Source of the DNA: a virus | Taxonomy: Duplodnaviria > Caudoviricetes | Strand: one strand, 5' to 3' | IMG/VR virus record: IMGVR_UViG_3300020220_000067 | Coordinates: 1-55,342 of that record | DNA length: 55,342 nucleotides | In this document: positions 27,428-35,742 of the stretch, in pieces | Position numbering within the stretch: position 1 is the first letter of the stretch | How the letters are laid out: each line of letters starts with the position of its first letter | Notes under the pieces: generated by a model | What the model was told of the DNA's origin: nothing | Databases searched by the model: none | Seen by the model: the letters and a program-made list of their open reading frames with translations, nothing else | Position numbers and translations under genes: made by a program

Positions 27428-27455
27428 AAAAAACCCCTGAAATTAGGGGTTTTTT
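27428..27455. terminator. Bidirectional terminator between convergent genes
   Basis: AAAAAACCCCT-GAAATT-AGGGGTTTTTT. Confidence 0.8.
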
Positions 27456-27457
27456 AT

Positions 27458-27634
27458 TCATTTTTTGGGTAATTTTGTCCTTTTTAGTTTGGATGTAAGA
27501 TATTCTTTTTTCCATCTCATCTCAGTTTCAGTTGGATAAACCCTACTTTTTTTAAAATCATACTTGTAAATAATAGTACAATCCTCAAATTCTCTAATAA
27601 TTTCTTTTTTTGTTTCGGTGGAATCTTTGTTCAT
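27458..27634 (-). CDS. 58-aa hypothetical protein with host-type promoter
   Basis: MNKDSTETKKEIIREFEDC...; TATATTTG at 27639-27646 (-), 4 nt before ATG. Confidence 0.6.
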   Translation of the reverse strand: MNKDSTETKKEIIREFEDCTIIYKYDFKKSRVYPTETEMRWKKEYLTSKLKRTKLPKK

Positions 27635-27655
27635 TCTACAAATATAACAAATAAA

Positions 27656-27910
27656 TTAGACATTTTCAATTTTATCGTCCTCTTTAAAAAAATTTGTTAA
27701 AAATTTTCCGACAACACCAAGTGAAATTGATGTAACAATCATAATTTTTATTTCAATCGGGGTAAAAATGTCTTTTAGGTTGTCAAATTGCCACAAACCC
27801 CCTATTGCTAACACAGAAGCAACGGCTAACAAAGAATCGCCCCATTTTCTCCATTTTTTTGGAGTTGGTTTCCAATATTTGTGCATCATACCATTTATCT
27901 TCTTTTTCAT
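27656..27910 (-). CDS. Two-TM membrane protein (holin-like topology)
   Basis: Likely start MKKKINGM; basic PTPKKWRK segment then two hydrophobic helices. Confidence 0.5.
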   Translation of the reverse strand: MKKKINGMMHKYWKPTPKKWRKWGDSLLAVASVLAIGGLWQFDNLKDIFTPIEIKIMIVTSISLGVVGKFLTNFFKEDDKIENV

Positions 27911-27911
27911 T

Positions 27912-28040
27912 TTATCTACCTTGTCCTTTATATTTTTTTGGTCTTTCTTCTTTAGGACCATATTTCTTTTTTAACTTACCTACAGTTTTTTTTCCGAAAT
28001 TAATTTTAGATGGAGAACCTGAACTTACCTTTTTACTCAT
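27912..28040 (-). CDS. 42-aa basic protein ending KKYKGQGR
   Basis: Translated by hand; fits between neighbouring genes with 1-8 nt gaps. Confidence 0.65.
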   Translation of the reverse strand: MSKKVSSGSPSKINFGKKTVGKLKKKYGPKEERPKKYKGQGR

Positions 28041-28048
28041 TTTGTAAA

Positions 28049-28588
28049 TTATTTACCTTTTATAATGTTGACACATTGTTTTAGATATTCTTTAGCTCTT
28101 GGTGATGGTGTATATTCATCATCTTTTGTTTGTAAATCTAATATTTTTTGAATGTCTTTAACTAAATCGTTTCCATGTTCATTTTCTTTATATAATTCAA
28201 TAATTTTGTCCATGGCTCCATGACATTGACCTGTAGTTTCGTCGTAATAATTTTTATTTCTAAATTTATTCAAATGATGCATCATATCGTAGGATAAATG
28301 AGATCCACCGTCTTTAATATCTTTCAGTAATCTTATGTTATTCAAAGCCCCCAAAGTGTCGACTAGATGTCCAACCCCAGTGTTTCTTTTTGAAATTCCT
28401 GGTGAATATCTTTGAAAATCGTCAGGGTTTCCTGTTATCTCCTCAAGTGAAATAACATTTTCAGGTACGCACCTATGAACTTTCTTTTTGACTTCCTTTT
28501 CTCTTGGTGTATTCACATTGTCGTTTTCATTGATTGCCATTTTAATCAAAGAAATGAGTTCATTTTCATTTAATCTAATTCGTTTCAT
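28049..28588 (-). CDS. Leader-tagged hypothetical protein (class A)
   Basis: MKRIRLNENELISLIKMAINE; TATTTAT upstream on the minus strand. Confidence 0.8.
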   Translation of the reverse strand: MKRIRLNENELISLIKMAINENDNVNTPREKEVKKKVHRCVPENVISLEEITGNPDDFQRYSPGISKRNTGVGHLVDTLGALNNIRLLKDIKDGGSHLSYDMMHHLNKFRNKNYYDETTGQCHGAMDKIIELYKENEHGNDLVKDIQKILDLQTKDDEYTPSPRAKEYLKQCVNIIKGK

Positions 28589-28654
28589 AAAAAAATATAT
28601 TAATAAATATTATTGTTTATACTTGTTGAATATTTATACTAATAAATATATAAA

Positions 28655-29269
28655 ATGATGGAAATATTAAAAAAAGTCATACGAGAGAGTTTAGAAAAAG
28701 AATATTATTCAATGAAACTAATAAAAGAATGTGAAATATCTGAAAATTTGAAGTTTCATTTGGAAGAAAAAATACCATTAAGTGAGAATATTTTTAGAGT
28801 TTACTCAGAGTCATACTTTGATTTGATCAATGAAGTGAGACACTTACATAGAAGAGGTTTGATTGAGTTAAATGAAGATGACCTATGGTTTATAAAATCT
28901 GACTTAGGTAAAAAAATTGTTTTGGAAAATGGTGAAATAATTTATTTAGACGCACCATATGAAATCGAGGAAACAATAAATGAGGCAAAACACAGAGGTA
29001 AAAATGTTAAACTAAATAGTCCTTTTAGAACACCAGGTGGACCTAAGAAATTTGCCGTTTATGTAAAGTCACCGGGAGGAAATATTAAGAAAGTTACTTT
29101 TGGGGACCCGAACTTAAAAATTAAAAATGCTAACAAAGCAAGGGCCAAATCTTTTAGAGCCAGACACAATTGCGATCAGAAAAAAGATAGAACAACTGCG
29201 GGATATTGGTCATGTAACGTATCGAGATATAGAAAAAAATTAGGACTTAAATCATCAAGAAGTTGGTAA
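28655..29269 (+). CDS. Two-module protein: acidic N-terminal part plus basic C-terminal module
   Basis: INE-AKHRGKNVKLN...KVTFGD...SFRARHNC...YWSC. Confidence 0.85.
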   Translation: MMEILKKVIRESLEKEYYSMKLIKECEISENLKFHLEEKIPLSENIFRVYSESYFDLINEVRHLHRRGLIELNEDDLWFIKSDLGKKIVLENGEIIYLDAPYEIEETINEAKHRGKNVKLNSPFRTPGGPKKFAVYVKSPGGNIKKVTFGDPNLKIKNANKARAKSFRARHNCDQKKDRTTAGYWSCNVSRYRKKLGLKSSRSW

Positions 29270-30744
29270 ATAAAAATTACATAATACAAAAAAAACTACG
29301 TGAACTGATTAATGAAGCAGACATTGAACCTTCTGATGTTGCAATAAATAATATTTGTAATTCAAAAAAGTTTTGTGATTCTCAGGGGCCAATAACTTTT
29401 GGTCAGTTAAGAGAATTAGTTGAAACAGGGAGAGTAAAAAGAATAGGTGTTCACATGGCCGAAGGTGGGTACAAAGGTTTCCTTAGATTATTACCTTGGT
29501 TCATACCTCAACTTGCAATTGCTGGATTTGGAGCAACTTGGATTAGGGTTGCAAACAAACTTTTTAGACCAACCTTAGAGGAAACCTCAAATTATAAAAC
29601 TTGGTGGGGAAAAACTATAATGAAAGTTTTTGATTTAGTTGAAGGTGAATTAAATACTGAAGATCCTTTATCTAAAATATTTTTTGTTTCTGATGGTCTT
29701 ATGACTATGTTAAACGAAAAATATAAAATAAAATTTGCAAACTATATTGCGAACTTAGCGTCAGACCAACCCGATGACAAAATAGTTCCAGAATTATTTG
29801 TTGAAAATGAACTCAGAAATTGGTTAAATAAAAAGTTTATGTTGAATCCACCCCTTCCCCCAAAATACACAAATTTTAAAAATAATGAAGATCTCCCATT
29901 TGAAGAAATTAATAAGGGGGATATAAAAAAAAGAATTTTTTCTGAAAATTTGGATACTGATGAACTTAAATGGCATTTCGATCAAAACGATAGAGATGTT
30001 TATATAGTAGAATCAGATGGATGGAGATTACAAATGGACGATGAATTACCTAGAACATTAAAAAAAGGTGACAAAGTTTTTATTCCCAAAGGAAAATATC
30101 ACAGAGTTTTGAAAGGTTCAGGAAACTTAGTTGTGGAAATCAAAGAATATCTAACTGAAAAGAGAAGTGGTTACAGAAACTATATTAGAGAAATTGTTAG
30201 TGACATAATAATAATTTTTAAACAAATTGAAGAAGGAACTTTTGTTTTGCCTGAAGATCTTCATAAGGATAAATTATATTATGAGTTTCCAAAACTAAAA
30301 GACAATATACAGGTGGAATTATCGATTTCTGAAAATACAAATGTAAATAAATTTTATGTAGATGCTAGTTACTACCATACAGAAGGGGTAATAACTGTAG
30401 AAATAGATTACAACCCTAATAACAAAAGATCAATGATGTACGAGTTGGTTGGTGAATTAAATGAAATTATTGCACATGAATTAAGGCATGTTGAACAAAA
30501 ATCTAAAGGTAGTTTTAAATTTTCGTCAGTAGATGATTTTGAGGAAGTTGTTGATCCATTTGAGTACTATACTCAACCAAAAGAGTTAGATGCACAATTA
30601 AAAGGATTTAAAAGATTATCGTTTATGACAAAAAAACCTTTAACATACGTGGTTAAAAATTGGTTTGACACTCATAAAGAAATACATGGTTTAGACGAAG
30701 ACGAGGCAAAAAAAGTAATAGATAAAATTCTTAATTACAGATAA
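29263..30744 (+). CDS. Multi-module protein: unknown domain, cupin-like domain and HExxH module
   Basis: WH.D...FIPKGKYHRV cupin-like; IAHELRH...YY..PKELDA zincin-like; LINE and YLTE junctions. Confidence 0.7.
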   Translation: MVNKNYIIQKKLRELINEADIEPSDVAINNICNSKKFCDSQGPITFGQLRELVETGRVKRIGVHMAEGGYKGFLRLLPWFIPQLAIAGFGATWIRVANKLFRPTLEETSNYKTWWGKTIMKVFDLVEGELNTEDPLSKIFFVSDGLMTMLNEKYKIKFANYIANLASDQPDDKIVPELFVENELRNWLNKKFMLNPPLPPKYTNFKNNEDLPFEEINKGDIKKRIFSENLDTDELKWHFDQNDRDVYIVESDGWRLQMDDELPRTLKKGDKVFIPKGKYHRVLKGSGNLVVEIKEYLTEKRSGYRNYIREIVSDIIIIFKQIEEGTFVLPEDLHKDKLYYEFPKLKDNIQVELSISENTNVNKFYVDASYYHTEGVITVEIDYNPNNKRSMMYELVGELNEIIAHELRHVEQKSKGSFKFSSVDDFEEVVDPFEYYTQPKELDAQLKGFKRLSFMTKKPLTYVVKNWFDTHKEIHGLDEDEAKKVIDKILNYR

Positions 30745-30745
30745 A

Positions 30746-31366
30746 TTAAGATTTGAATTTTTTTATTATTTTTTTAATTAAATCATGAATAATTTTTGAA
30801 GATAAAGTACTTCCAAAATAAGAAACAACACCTTTTGTAATTTCTGAAATATCTTCAGAGTTTAATTCATGTGTTGAGAACTCTAATAACTTGGGTAATA
30901 AAGGAATCAAAAAGGTATATCCTATCATCATAGAAATGTTATACATAGATAAATTCAAACCTTCTACGAAGTTCAAAAAGGTTGATTTTAATTTTTCAGA
31001 TTGTCTTAACATAGAATTGAATTCAGAAACTAAATTTCTTTCTTTAATTTTTTTTAGAATATCAGATAACATTTTTTTATTATCCGTAAAATAAGTTAGA
31101 ACACAACCTACAGTAATTAAAGTAAGGTCTTGATTAGTAATATCAATTTCATTTGTCTTAATAAAATGTGTAATTGGCATCATAAAACCACCAATTGTTG
31201 CGCCCCATGTTAAAAGGTAACTTAAATCAACACTTAACTGATTTTTAGCCGAAATCACTAAATCTTTGAAGAAGGACTTTGATTTATCTAATTCTTTTTC
31301 TATTGAGGAATTTTTACTCTCAACTATAATATTTCTGTATTGGGATTCTGTTATTGTGATTCTCAT
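30746..31366 (-). CDS. Class B leader protein with hydrophobic helices
   Basis: MRITITESQYRNIIVE. Confidence 0.8.
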   Translation of the reverse strand: MRITITESQYRNIIVESKNSSIEKELDKSKSFFKDLVISAKNQLSVDLSYLLTWGATIGGFMMPITHFIKTNEIDITNQDLTLITVGCVLTYFTDNKKMLSDILKKIKERNLVSEFNSMLRQSEKLKSTFLNFVEGLNLSMYNISMMIGYTFLIPLLPKLLEFSTHELNSEDISEITKGVVSYFGSTLSSKIIHDLIKKIIKKFKS

Positions 31367-31400
31367 ATCAAATAATAAATATATTCGAATATTTATTTAT

Positions 31401-32165
31401 ATGTCAAGACAAAAATTAGAACTTAATGGACCTTTTTTTAAAGAAGATATAGAAAAAGGCATCAACAACAAAATCGTTTGTAAAAAAATGAATGACCCAT
31501 TTCCCCTCAGAACGGGAACACCTGGTGTTGTGACAAAAGTAAGTACGGTTATGGGTGAAAAACATTACCAAGTCACTTGGAAAACGGGAAGACAATTGTC
31601 TGTAATAGACGCTTTTGAAACTGTTGAAAAAAAAGATCCTATTACAGGTGAGGTGAAAAAAATAACTCAAAGGGTTGATGAATGGTGGAAAGTAATAGAA
31701 ACTGAACCAAATAACGATTTAGTTCCTGAACGTTTTATTGTAACAAAAAAATCTTTATTAGAAAGTGAAAAAATTTGGCCCAAAGAATTTATTAAATTAA
31801 GTAGATTATACGATTTAACTTTGATTCATGAATTCTTAGAAAATCTAAGAGAATCAGGATTAATAAATATGGTAGGTTGTTCTCCTTATCTATACATGGG
31901 TAAAAATCGAATTCAAGATTTACATAGATACGAATTGAATCACACCGAGATGAATGATGAAAGAAGGGACTCTTTTGAGAAGGTTTTAGAATTGGCAGAA
32001 AAAGTTAGAAATAATTTAATTTTGGGTGCGTCCAATCAAATTAAAGATCAAGATTCGGATAACTATTTGAGTAATGTGTCTAAAAAAGTTCAGAGGGATG
32101 CTTCTAATATAGCTCAATTATGGTTTAAATTTTACGGTAAAGAACGATTTAAGAAAAAAAAATAA
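31401..32165 (+). CDS. Two-module protein (SH3-like/DUF4314-like N-terminal part; LRESG..NM C-terminal part)
   Basis: ATG 31401 after TATTTAT; GT.GVV..V...VTW..G; SLLE junction. Confidence 0.6.
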   Translation: MSRQKLELNGPFFKEDIEKGINNKIVCKKMNDPFPLRTGTPGVVTKVSTVMGEKHYQVTWKTGRQLSVIDAFETVEKKDPITGEVKKITQRVDEWWKVIETEPNNDLVPERFIVTKKSLLESEKIWPKEFIKLSRLYDLTLIHEFLENLRESGLINMVGCSPYLYMGKNRIQDLHRYELNHTEMNDERRDSFEKVLELAEKVRNNLILGASNQIKDQDSDNYLSNVSKKVQRDASNIAQLWFKFYGKERFKKKK

Positions 32166-32187
32166 ATACTTATAAAAAAACAAAAAA

Positions 32188-32799
32188 ATGAATCAGTACT
32201 TTTTTAAAATGAAAAAAGAAGAAAAAGAAAATATTCTTGATCAACATAAATCAATATATGATGGATACGTTACCAAGTATGGACAACAAATAAATAATCA
32301 ACCTTTATATATTCAAGATTTAGCAAACGATAAAAATGGAATTACGGTTTCTAACAAAGGAAATGTATCTACTTATAAAAATGTTGGTATTAATGAAAAT
32401 GTTTTAGACACAATTGGAGACGGAGAAAACGATTTAAAAAATGGAACGGTGGATTTAGATTCTGAAATGAGTTTCCAAATGGACGATGCAAATTTTTTAC
32501 ACGATATCCTTCCATCACCAAATGATGATGAACACGAAATTATAATTTCTTTGGGTGACCTTGGTAATGAAAATACCAAATTTGACATAATTGATACTCA
32601 AGACGACTACACCGATGAGTCAGAAAATAGTTTTAATATACAATCAATTGATGATCTTGAGGATGAAGAGTACACAACATTTGACGATCTACCATATAAT
32701 GAATTTTTTAATTCTGAGGACATAGAAGACGTGGAATCTTTGGAAAATTCAATAAATGAGTCCTTAGACATGTTTAAAAGATTTAAAAAATACAATTAA
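32188..32799 (+). CDS. Acidic hypothetical protein with class D-like leader
   Basis: FFKMKKEEKENILDQH; INE sites. Confidence 0.8.
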   Translation: MNQYFFKMKKEEKENILDQHKSIYDGYVTKYGQQINNQPLYIQDLANDKNGITVSNKGNVSTYKNVGINENVLDTIGDGENDLKNGTVDLDSEMSFQMDDANFLHDILPSPNDDEHEIIISLGDLGNENTKFDIIDTQDDYTDESENSFNIQSIDDLEDEEYTTFDDLPYNEFFNSEDIEDVESLENSINESLDMFKRFKKYN

Positions 32800-32800
32800 A

Positions 32801-33100
32801 ATGGAAGTAGTAGAAATAGTTTCATATTACTACCATGAAGATAGAAAACTATTAGAAGTTTCGTTTAGATCTAGTATTGATAGTGATGATGAAATAAGAA
32901 ATGATATGTTAAATTTGGACGATGCTAAAAAAATAGGTTTCGAATTGATAAAAGAAGAGATTGACATCTTCGAAGATGAAGAAGATTTTTTCGAAGATTT
33001 CGATGATTTTGTTTTAATTGATGAGGATTTACTTTTATCTTATTTGAATGAATATTATATAGTTAATCCTAATAAAATTCCTAAAGCCGAGTTTTTTTAA
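32801..33100 (+). CDS. Acidic hypothetical protein
   Basis: 99-aa ORF, translationally coupled. Confidence 0.75.
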   Translation: MEVVEIVSYYYHEDRKLLEVSFRSSIDSDDEIRNDMLNLDDAKKIGFELIKEEIDIFEDEEDFFEDFDDFVLIDEDLLLSYLNEYYIVNPNKIPKAEFF

Positions 33101-33104
33101 AAAG

Positions 33105-33344
33105 ATGGAATTGAATGATTTAATTTTTTTAATGAAAAAATTTACGACTTCAGAATATTCTGAGTTGGGTGAAGAAGATGCTGCGGCCGCTCCATCATCA
33201 GGAGGTGCTGCTGGTGGGGGGTACCCAACTGTAACTAAATGGGAGAGTGGACTTGCTCGTAGTGTTGCCAATACTTTAGACGCTAAAGTAAAATGGAATA
33301 CTTTGTATAAATTAACTCGAGGAAAAGCAAATACATTATTATGA
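33105..33344 (+). CDS. Small hypothetical protein (LGE site, then KWESG..R..AN module)
   Basis: 79-aa ORF. Confidence 0.7.
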   Translation: MELNDLIFLMKKFTTSEYSELGEEDAAAAPSSGGAAGGGYPTVTKWESGLARSVANTLDAKVKWNTLYKLTRGKANTLL

Positions 33345-35731
33345 AAAACATTGATGAAATTATTGTTGAGTCGTTAAAATTGATCAACTATAATAGGAAT
33401 GAAACTTTAGATGAACAGGTTCCCTCATATTTAGCACAAACATCACAAGCACCTTTACTGCCAAAGGTTAAACTAAAAAATCTTGAGTACCCAAAAAAAA
33501 CCCCAAATAGTGCTTTAGATTATTTGTACGCAAGCCCTAGTGATGGTACCGTTGGTATTGCTTCAGGTCAATTAAGTCAAAGTCGTTATCCAAAGTCAAT
33601 TCCTAATGACGCTTTCTATATTGATGAAACAACATACAAACTTTGGATTTCTATGGATCCGTATAGTAGGTACACGGCGATAAAATTAATGGCCGCATCA
33701 AAAGATTTAGAAGCAAAGCAGGCCGCGGCAAGAACAAAAATTACAACTTCTTTTGATGTGAAAGAAGAAAATCCTTCCGACTATTTGTTAACATATCCCT
33801 CTTTACAAACGAATAATAGTGTATTCATTTATCCTGTAGAAAACGCGAGAAAAAACGAATACAGTTATGGTATGTACAAATACGTTATTTCTAACATAAA
33901 AAAATTGAGTTCTTTTGACAAACCAATGGCCGAAAAATTTTTTGGTAGACAATGTAAAAAATTATCAGGAACTCACCCAAACTATAATGTTGGGTATGAG
34001 GCAAAATTTGATTGGTATATAAATAAAAATACCGCATCAAAATGTTATCCTATTGTTATAACCCAAAAAGAAGTTGAGGTTGAGGAAACAAAGGGTGACA
34101 AAACATATTCTAAACAATATACAGAAAGATATTTCAATGTCCCAACCACAACGGTAACTAAATTAAAAAATGGTAATGAGATCAAAATTACTAAGACAAA
34201 ATACGATAAGGAATGTATTCCAATTGGATATGATAGTTGTTTGAAATTATCTTGGGAAATGATGTCATTATATAATAATACCCAAGGCATTTTTGAATTT
34301 ACCTTAGATCGATATGAAAATTCAAAACCATTGAGAACGCAAACTGATAACCCTTTTGAAAAAGACCCAGGATGGCCAAGGACTTATATGGCAACCATGA
34401 CAGAAGAATGGTTTCCTTGGACAAATACATTTAAAGGATACTTGGAGATTACTGAAGATTCAAAAAATAAATTTGGGTCTTGGGTCATACAGAGAGCTGA
34501 AACCAGCTCCAACAAAACAGGAGTTCGAATTGTTGAAGATTATTTGAAAACAAAAAATTTATCTAGTGGTGATTATAATTGTAACGGACCTTATACATTA
34601 AACGATAAGTTTGGACTACAACAATGGTCTTATCAAAACTATTTAGAAAAATCTAAGGCAAAGAATGTTTCTACCCAAAATTTAAATTATAGTACAGAAT
34701 CAAATAAATGGATGGTAAGAAATATTTTCACATATTGGAATGAGGAGAATTATTATAATTCTACAGGAACCCTTGGGACAACTCCATTAATGTCAAATGA
34801 AAATGTTTTGGATCCCTACCTTAATGATTTATACGGGATAAACGATAAAAAATTAGGGTCAGATGCTGAATACGATCAATTTTACTCTTTGAAAGATGTC
34901 GAAGCTTTAGAAAAAAAATATGAGGATATTTTAAATCAAAAAGGAAATAACCTAAAAAGTTTTTTAGCGGTTTTATCAAAAGATTATAACTCTGAAAAAA
35001 ACTCAAAAAATAAAGTGAATACCTCATCATTTTTAGAACTTTATTTAAAATATAAATGGGATAATATTTTACAATCCTATTTGTTTCAAAAAGTAACAAG
35101 CGTGGAAGAGGATGTTTGTGTTATGCCACCTGAAACTTCAACCACTAAAGTTTGGAGGATGATGATTTTTTTAATGACAGAAGGTTTGAAGTTATCTCCG
35201 CCAACTTTTACAACACCAAAATCAAAAGGAGTACCTTACAAAACGCCAGAACTCACTTGGTTGAATGCTGGTACCACATCTAAAGATTTAAGAATTTCTA
35301 ATATAGAATCATGCGCAAAAAAAACTATGTCATTTACACCTGGAATTAGTTTTTTTGGTACCATACCACTTCCAAAAGAAATTAATGACTCTCAACTATC
35401 TGAGTTAAAAATTGATAAAAATAGAATTTGTACGATAGACGACGGGGAATCAAAAATTTTAAACGGTAATACAATTTTTTTTAAATTGAACGATGTGTCT
35501 CTTGAAGAATTAGGGGTTAGTTCACCTGTTGATTTTAACATGTTTGGTGGATCTGTTGATGCAAATGAATTAATAAACGCATTTAGTAACAAACCTACTG
35601 ATGATAATATTGACACAAATAGTGAGGCGTTCATGAAACAACAATTGGCCGTTTATAATAAAATGAATGAAGAAATTGATAAATTTATAAACACTCATTT
35701 AGTTGTTCCGTCAAAATTAATTAAAATTTAA
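33341..35731 (+). CDS. Large hypothetical protein, possibly virion-associated
   Basis: 796 aa; leader IIVESLKLINY..ETLDEQ. Confidence 0.8.
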   Translation: MKNIDEIIVESLKLINYNRNETLDEQVPSYLAQTSQAPLLPKVKLKNLEYPKKTPNSALDYLYASPSDGTVGIASGQLSQSRYPKSIPNDAFYIDETTYKLWISMDPYSRYTAIKLMAASKDLEAKQAAARTKITTSFDVKEENPSDYLLTYPSLQTNNSVFIYPVENARKNEYSYGMYKYVISNIKKLSSFDKPMAEKFFGRQCKKLSGTHPNYNVGYEAKFDWYINKNTASKCYPIVITQKEVEVEETKGDKTYSKQYTERYFNVPTTTVTKLKNGNEIKITKTKYDKECIPIGYDSCLKLSWEMMSLYNNTQGIFEFTLDRYENSKPLRTQTDNPFEKDPGWPRTYMATMTEEWFPWTNTFKGYLEITEDSKNKFGSWVIQRAETSSNKTGVRIVEDYLKTKNLSSGDYNCNGPYTLNDKFGLQQWSYQNYLEKSKAKNVSTQNLNYSTESNKWMVRNIFTYWNEENYYNSTGTLGTTPLMSNENVLDPYLNDLYGINDKKLGSDAEYDQFYSLKDVEALEKKYEDILNQKGNNLKSFLAVLSKDYNSEKNSKNKVNTSSFLELYLKYKWDNILQSYLFQKVTSVEEDVCVMPPETSTTKVWRMMIFLMTEGLKLSPPTFTTPKSKGVPYKTPELTWLNAGTTSKDLRISNIESCAKKTMSFTPGISFFGTIPLPKEINDSQLSELKIDKNRICTIDDGESKILNGNTIFFKLNDVSLEELGVSSPVDFNMFGGSVDANELINAFSNKPTDDNIDTNSEAFMKQQLAVYNKMNEEIDKFINTHLVVPSKLIKI

Positions 35732-35742
35732 ATGTATAAAGT

